Below are positions 60,296 through 64,000 of a DNA stretch of 64,000 nt, in pieces (within the stretch, counting starts at the first letter, position 1; each line of letters starts with the position of its first letter). The notes under the pieces are model-generated. The model was not told where the DNA came from. It saw only the letters and a program-made list of their open reading frames with translations, and did not search any database. The stretch covers positions 1 to 64,000 of the forward strand of contig CAVWHX010000010.1 in NCBI GenBank assembly GCA_963754925.1, in the 5' to 3' direction. A program made the translations under genes and the position numbers. This DNA is from an uncultured delta proteobacterium (GTDB taxonomy: Bacteria > Myxococcota > B64-G9).

Positions 60296-61162
60296 TTATG
60301 AAAAACTTCGGCGTGACGATTCGTCACGCTCCCATTGATTCCGCTGGTTGTTTTGTAGTTTCCTTCGTCCTCGAAGTCTCGTAAGGAGCGTAACGTAACT
60401 ATACACCGCGTAACAGGGCCAACGGCGTGGGGTTGAAAGCATCCTTGCTAGAGAGCGGGCGGCAGTACCGGCCTCATTGGCTAACAGCCCAGGAAACTTC
60501 TCTCGAAGCTCGTACACACCGGCCCGGGCCCTGGTCTTGATGTGGATCACACCATCGAGGGTCCTCGGCGGTGTGATGGTGAATCTGCATGTCGTAACCG
60601 TCCGACGCTCTCCGGGCCTAAACAGCAGGCGCAGGTAGCCATCGTCGGCGATGATGTCGGGAAACCGCTTGAATCGGGCGCGTCCGGCGGCCGAAATGGC
60701 GTACACGCCCGAACCGATCATGCCATCGTCGAAGTACGGGAGGCTGGTCCAAGCGCGGTAGAACATCTTGACCGCCAGACTGCACTTGGTGCAGTCAGTC
60801 TCAAACCGGGGTGCCGCCGCAAGCGCCTCGCCCCGTATCAGCACATTGGCTGTTTCCCGGATCGCCTGAAGCGGGATGACGACGTCAGCATCGACGAAAA
60901 ACCGCGGGAATCCGCGGGCGACACGGTCGCCGAAGTTTAAAGCGTCGCTCTTAGAAGCGACTTCGATCTCAACCAAACGGACTGGGGGACCGTACGCGAC
61001 CACGATTGCAGCGGTCCTATCCGTGCAGCCGTTGCAGACGACTATTACCTCAAGCTCGCCCGTGGCCGCGCCGGCCGTCATGGCATCGAGGCAGCGCTGG
61101 ATCACACCCTCCTCGTTGTGGGCAGGAATAATTACCGAAATAGGGATAGACGACGTATCCAT
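60296..61162 (-). CDS. Glycosyltransferase family 2
   Basis: VIIPAHNEE, VCNGCTD, FVDAD and IADDG. Confidence 0.92.
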   Translation of the reverse strand: MDTSSIPISVIIPAHNEEGVIQRCLDAMTAGAATGELEVIVVCNGCTDRTAAIVVAYGPPVRLVEIEVASKSDALNFGDRVARGFPRFFVDADVVIPLQAIRETANVLIRGEALAAAPRFETDCTKCSLAVKMFYRAWTSLPYFDDGMIGSGVYAISAAGRARFKRFPDIIADDGYLRLLFRPGERRTVTTCRFTITPPRTLDGVIHIKTRARAGVYELREKFPGLLANEAGTAARSLARMLSTPRRWPCYAVYSYVTLLTRLRGRRKLQNNQRNQWERDESSRRSFS

Positions 61163-61266
61163 GGTATCTCTAAGAGACAAACGCTACCACGCCCGGCCCT
61201 TTGGGGTCAAACACGGCCGTAACGAGATCTCGACACGTTAGCTATATACGTTCGATGGCTGGGAGG

Positions 61267-62388
61267 TTAGCCAATAAAAGGTTCTACAACACGTTTTGCC
61301 AAGGCCGCGCAAATTCGTTCAGCCGCCCGACCGTCCCCGAAGGGATTGTGCACGGTTGCCATGCGTGCATACGCAGCCGGGTCATCAAGAAGCCTCGAGG
61401 TCTCACGTACTATGTTTTCTCGATGGGGCCCCACGAGACGGGCGCAGCCGGCCGCGATTGCTTCGGACCGCTCGGTCTCATCGCGCAGAACCAGAACAGG
61501 CTTACCCAAAGAGGGCGCCTCCTCCTGGATTCCGCCCGAATCGCTTAATATCAGTGTCGCTGCCTTCATCGCGGCCACGAACTCCAAGTAGCCAAGCGGA
61601 GCGCATAACACCACCTGCGGCCGCTTTCCGAGAATGCGTTCAACCACCGGTCCAATATTTGGATTTGGATGTACGGGATACAGCACCCAGGTATCTGGAT
61701 AGCGATCGAGTAATTCGACGAGCGCTTCGCAGATCTCTTCAAGCGGACGACCGAAGTTTTCTCGACGGTGAGCCGTTACCAGGAGAAGACGCCCATCCCG
61801 CTGAACCGGCAGGCTCGGCAGCGTCAATCGGTTTGTCGCCCACCGCAAGGCGTCGACTACGGTATTTCCCGTTATGCTGATCTTGTCCCTTGAAATCCCC
61901 TCGGCCAACAGGTTCTCACAGGCTTTCTTGGTGGGAGCAAAGTGCGCATCTGCCAGGTATCCGGTCAGCACTCGGTTCATTTCTTCGGGAAAGGGAAAAT
62001 ATTTGTTTCCGGTGCGCAAGCCGGCCTCAACGTGTCCAAACTTAATCCGGCGGTAGAAACAAGCCAAGGCGGTGACGAATACGGTGGTGGTATCGCCCTG
62101 AGCCAGTACCCAATCTGGCGCCTCGGCCACGAGCAGCTCGTCCACCTTTGGCAGCATTCGCGCGGTAAGCTCGGCCAATTGCTGATCGGGACGCATGATG
62201 TTGAGATCGATATCAGCAGTAATGCCAAAGAAGGTCAGCACTTGGTCCAGCAACTGCCGGTGTTGAGCGGTCGCCACCACTCGACAAACAAAAGTGTTTT
62301 TATCGAGGCGCAATGCGTTGATGATCGGCGCCATCTTGATTGCTTCGGGGCGGGTTCCAACACTCGCAAGTACTTTGATCTTAGCCAA
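61267..62388 (-). CDS. wecB: UDP-N-acetylglucosamine 2-epimerase (non-hydrolysing)
   Basis: GTRPEAIKMAP, QGDTTT, HVEAGLR, PEEMNR, DSGGIQEEAP and NPFGDG. Confidence 0.97.
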   Translation of the reverse strand: MAKIKVLASVGTRPEAIKMAPIINALRLDKNTFVCRVVATAQHRQLLDQVLTFFGITADIDLNIMRPDQQLAELTARMLPKVDELLVAEAPDWVLAQGDTTTVFVTALACFYRRIKFGHVEAGLRTGNKYFPFPEEMNRVLTGYLADAHFAPTKKACENLLAEGISRDKISITGNTVVDALRWATNRLTLPSLPVQRDGRLLLVTAHRRENFGRPLEEICEALVELLDRYPDTWVLYPVHPNPNIGPVVERILGKRPQVVLCAPLGYLEFVAAMKAATLILSDSGGIQEEAPSLGKPVLVLRDETERSEAIAAGCARLVGPHRENIVRETSRLLDDPAAYARMATVHNPFGDGRAAERICAALAKRVVEPFIG

Positions 62389-63196
62389 GGGGTACTCTGC
62401 GACAATATTTTCGCGTTAAGCATAGCACGAGGGCAAGTAAAGCCAACACCGAGATACCGTCAACGTTATCAGAGGTTGTCGCACAGCCGCCATCGCCAAC
62501 GACATTGCCAGTTTCACTGCATAGAGGGGTTGCGGCGCCTGCTGGGTAGATCGTACACAACCCGTTGATATCATCTTGGCTCAGAGTACTTTTGTTGGTA
62601 TCCCCATAACCTGCAGTATAGTACATGGTGGCGTCGGAATCGGCTTTGTCAAATACATCGGCTAATCCAATGCAGTGACCCAACTCGTGGGTCAACGTGT
62701 TTTGAATGTCCATAGTGCCCGGGACGCCCGGTGTGTCCGGTGGAGACACAGAGAATGTGTAATCGACTCCATTAACCTCAATATCGGCATCGACGATCTC
62801 GCCCGTGTAAGTGTTAAACGTTGTAGTTGTCATGGCAATCGCGCTATTTTCATACTTCCAATCGTTCGATTGGCGCCAGACGATTAAATTAACATAATCC
62901 ATACCGATACTAGTCTGTGTGGTTGTACCGGCAAAGTTCAATTCCAGATCTGAGCATGAATGTCCCATCCACGCGCCAATTGAATTTTGCACTGCTTGGG
63001 TACAATCCGTTATATTAACGTCCTTACTGCAGTCTTTATTGAGACGAAATGACACACTACGATTTTTCCAATAGTAGCAAACTGTTCCATTATCATTCTG
63101 GCTTCGCTCGAACGCAAAAAGCAACGGGGACACGAGAACCATCAACGATAATCCCCACCTGATTGTCTTGTGCCGGAAGTTAGCGATGCTAATCAT
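62381..63196 (-). CDS. Matrixin-family (M10-like) metalloprotease with MYXO-CTERM-like tail
   Basis: Signal peptide, DADIEVN, HELGHCIGLAD, Met-turn ATMY and C-terminal GGC...LLALLALVLCLTRKYCRR. Confidence 0.85.
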   Translation of the reverse strand: MISIANFRHKTIRWGLSLMVLVSPLLFAFERSQNDNGTVCYYWKNRSVSFRLNKDCSKDVNITDCTQAVQNSIGAWMGHSCSDLELNFAGTTTQTSIGMDYVNLIVWRQSNDWKYENSAIAMTTTTFNTYTGEIVDADIEVNGVDYTFSVSPPDTPGVPGTMDIQNTLTHELGHCIGLADVFDKADSDATMYYTAGYGDTNKSTLSQDDINGLCTIYPAGAATPLCSETGNVVGDGGCATTSDNVDGISVLALLALVLCLTRKYCRRVPLG

Positions 63197-63732
63197 CGCA
63201 CCTTTTTCTTTGCCCAAACTTTTTGTATGTGCTTAAGGAGATGACCGCGCTCTATCTGAAGAGGCGCTTTCTGACCTCCGATCAAATGCAGCCCTTCGAG
63301 GCGCTGGACGAGCGTCTCAACGCCGTTATTTTTCTGTGGTTCGAACACCCCTTGGGAAAGACCGACCACTCGATAACCAGCATCGGTCTTGTGTAGGAAC
63401 AACACCACCCGATCGCCGGGTAAAAATGTTGGGAATCCATCGACCCGTTGGCCGATGCCATCAATCTCGCCCCCCGGCTGTACGAGATCAAAATTCTTCT
63501 CGCCCGTCCCGGCAAGATCTTCCTCTACTTCAAATGAGTAGGTTTTGTAAATCCGCTTGTTTTCCGGATCCCATGCGCTTTTGCCGGGCTCTTTAAGAAC
63601 AGCCGTTACGATTCGATCTGCTTCGTTTAAAAGCTCATCTTCTGAAAGACACCGAGCCGTCGAAGCAAACGAAGTGACCGACCCTGCAGCCATGATAAAC
63701 AACATCGTGAAAATGAGACCACTAATTCTCAT
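63193..63732 (-). CDS. Secreted hypothetical protein coupled to the protease
   Basis: Signal peptide; LSEDELLNEADRIV, QPGG..DG and PTFLPGDRVVLFL; its TGA overlaps the protease ATG. Confidence 0.8.
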   Translation of the reverse strand: MRISGLIFTMLFIMAAGSVTSFASTARCLSEDELLNEADRIVTAVLKEPGKSAWDPENKRIYKTYSFEVEEDLAGTGEKNFDLVQPGGEIDGIGQRVDGFPTFLPGDRVVLFLHKTDAGYRVVGLSQGVFEPQKNNGVETLVQRLEGLHLIGGQKAPLQIERGHLLKHIQKVWAKKKVR

Positions 63733-63817
63733 ACGGTTAATAGTATCCGTTTTCTTATGAAGGGGTCAAGTTCAATATTAGCCGCCAATACCTGAGAGGT
63801 ATCGGTGAATCCGCCGG

Positions 63818-64000
63818 TTATGACTGCGGTTGGCTACGACGTTGCAAGACGTTGGTGAACTCGGCGCAGAGCAGCAACACACAAGATGAGTAATAAATCC
63901 ATATCACAATTGTTATCAAGGTAGCGAGGGATCCATAGAACATGCTATAACGAGCAAAGTTTTTAAGGTAATACCCAAAGACCTGAATCGCGAGCATCCA
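63818..64000 (-). CDS. YihY/virulence factor BrkB family protein (3' end only)
   Basis: Manual translation: ...FGYYLKNFARYSMFYGSLATLITIVIWIYYSSCVLLLCAEFT...*. Confidence 0.88.
   Translation of the reverse strand, partial: WMLAIQVFGYYLKNFARYSMFYGSLATLITIVIWIYYSSCVLLLCAEFTNVLQRRSQPQS

Overview
This is a bacterial chromosomal window that looks like Myxococcota (inferred from tgl, bacNOP, a CdbA-like RHH protein, an AgmX/PglI TonB-C protein and a MYXO-CTERM-like tail). From left to right: (1) an accessory stretch with an HNH nuclease cut by the window edge, vapBC, a canonical-looking integron attC site (no integrase in the window) and a Tat-exported cholesterol-oxidase-like enzyme; (2) a GT4/GH130 pair and a membrane pyrophosphatase; (3) a minus-strand core cluster mreB-mreC-mreD-mrdA-rodA-queD-queE-hyp-tgl-recO, with a 116-bp palindromic tandem repeat between mreB and mreC and a RodA carrying a duplicated membrane insert; (4) ppiD, cdbA-like, two SDR sugar-nucleotide enzymes, lepB, bacNOP, pyrE, eno, cobB and a DUF721/DciA gene; (5) a mosaic, partly AT-rich surface-glycan locus (about 38-62 kb) with wzm/wzt, rmlACDB, GT-C-like membrane proteins, GtrA and wecB; (6) a matrixin pair and the 3' end of yihY. 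The best candidate for a new system is a 1348-aa protein that fuses methyltransferase, coiled coil, RgpF-type rhamnosyltransferase and a HAD-phosphatase/phosphoribosyltransferase (ribofuranosyltransferase-like) module. It may polymerise, measure and cap a Rha-Ribf glycan in one chain. At least six single-base frameshifts, including in rodA and mreD, look like assembly indel errors. All calls come from reading motifs by eye; no database searches were run.
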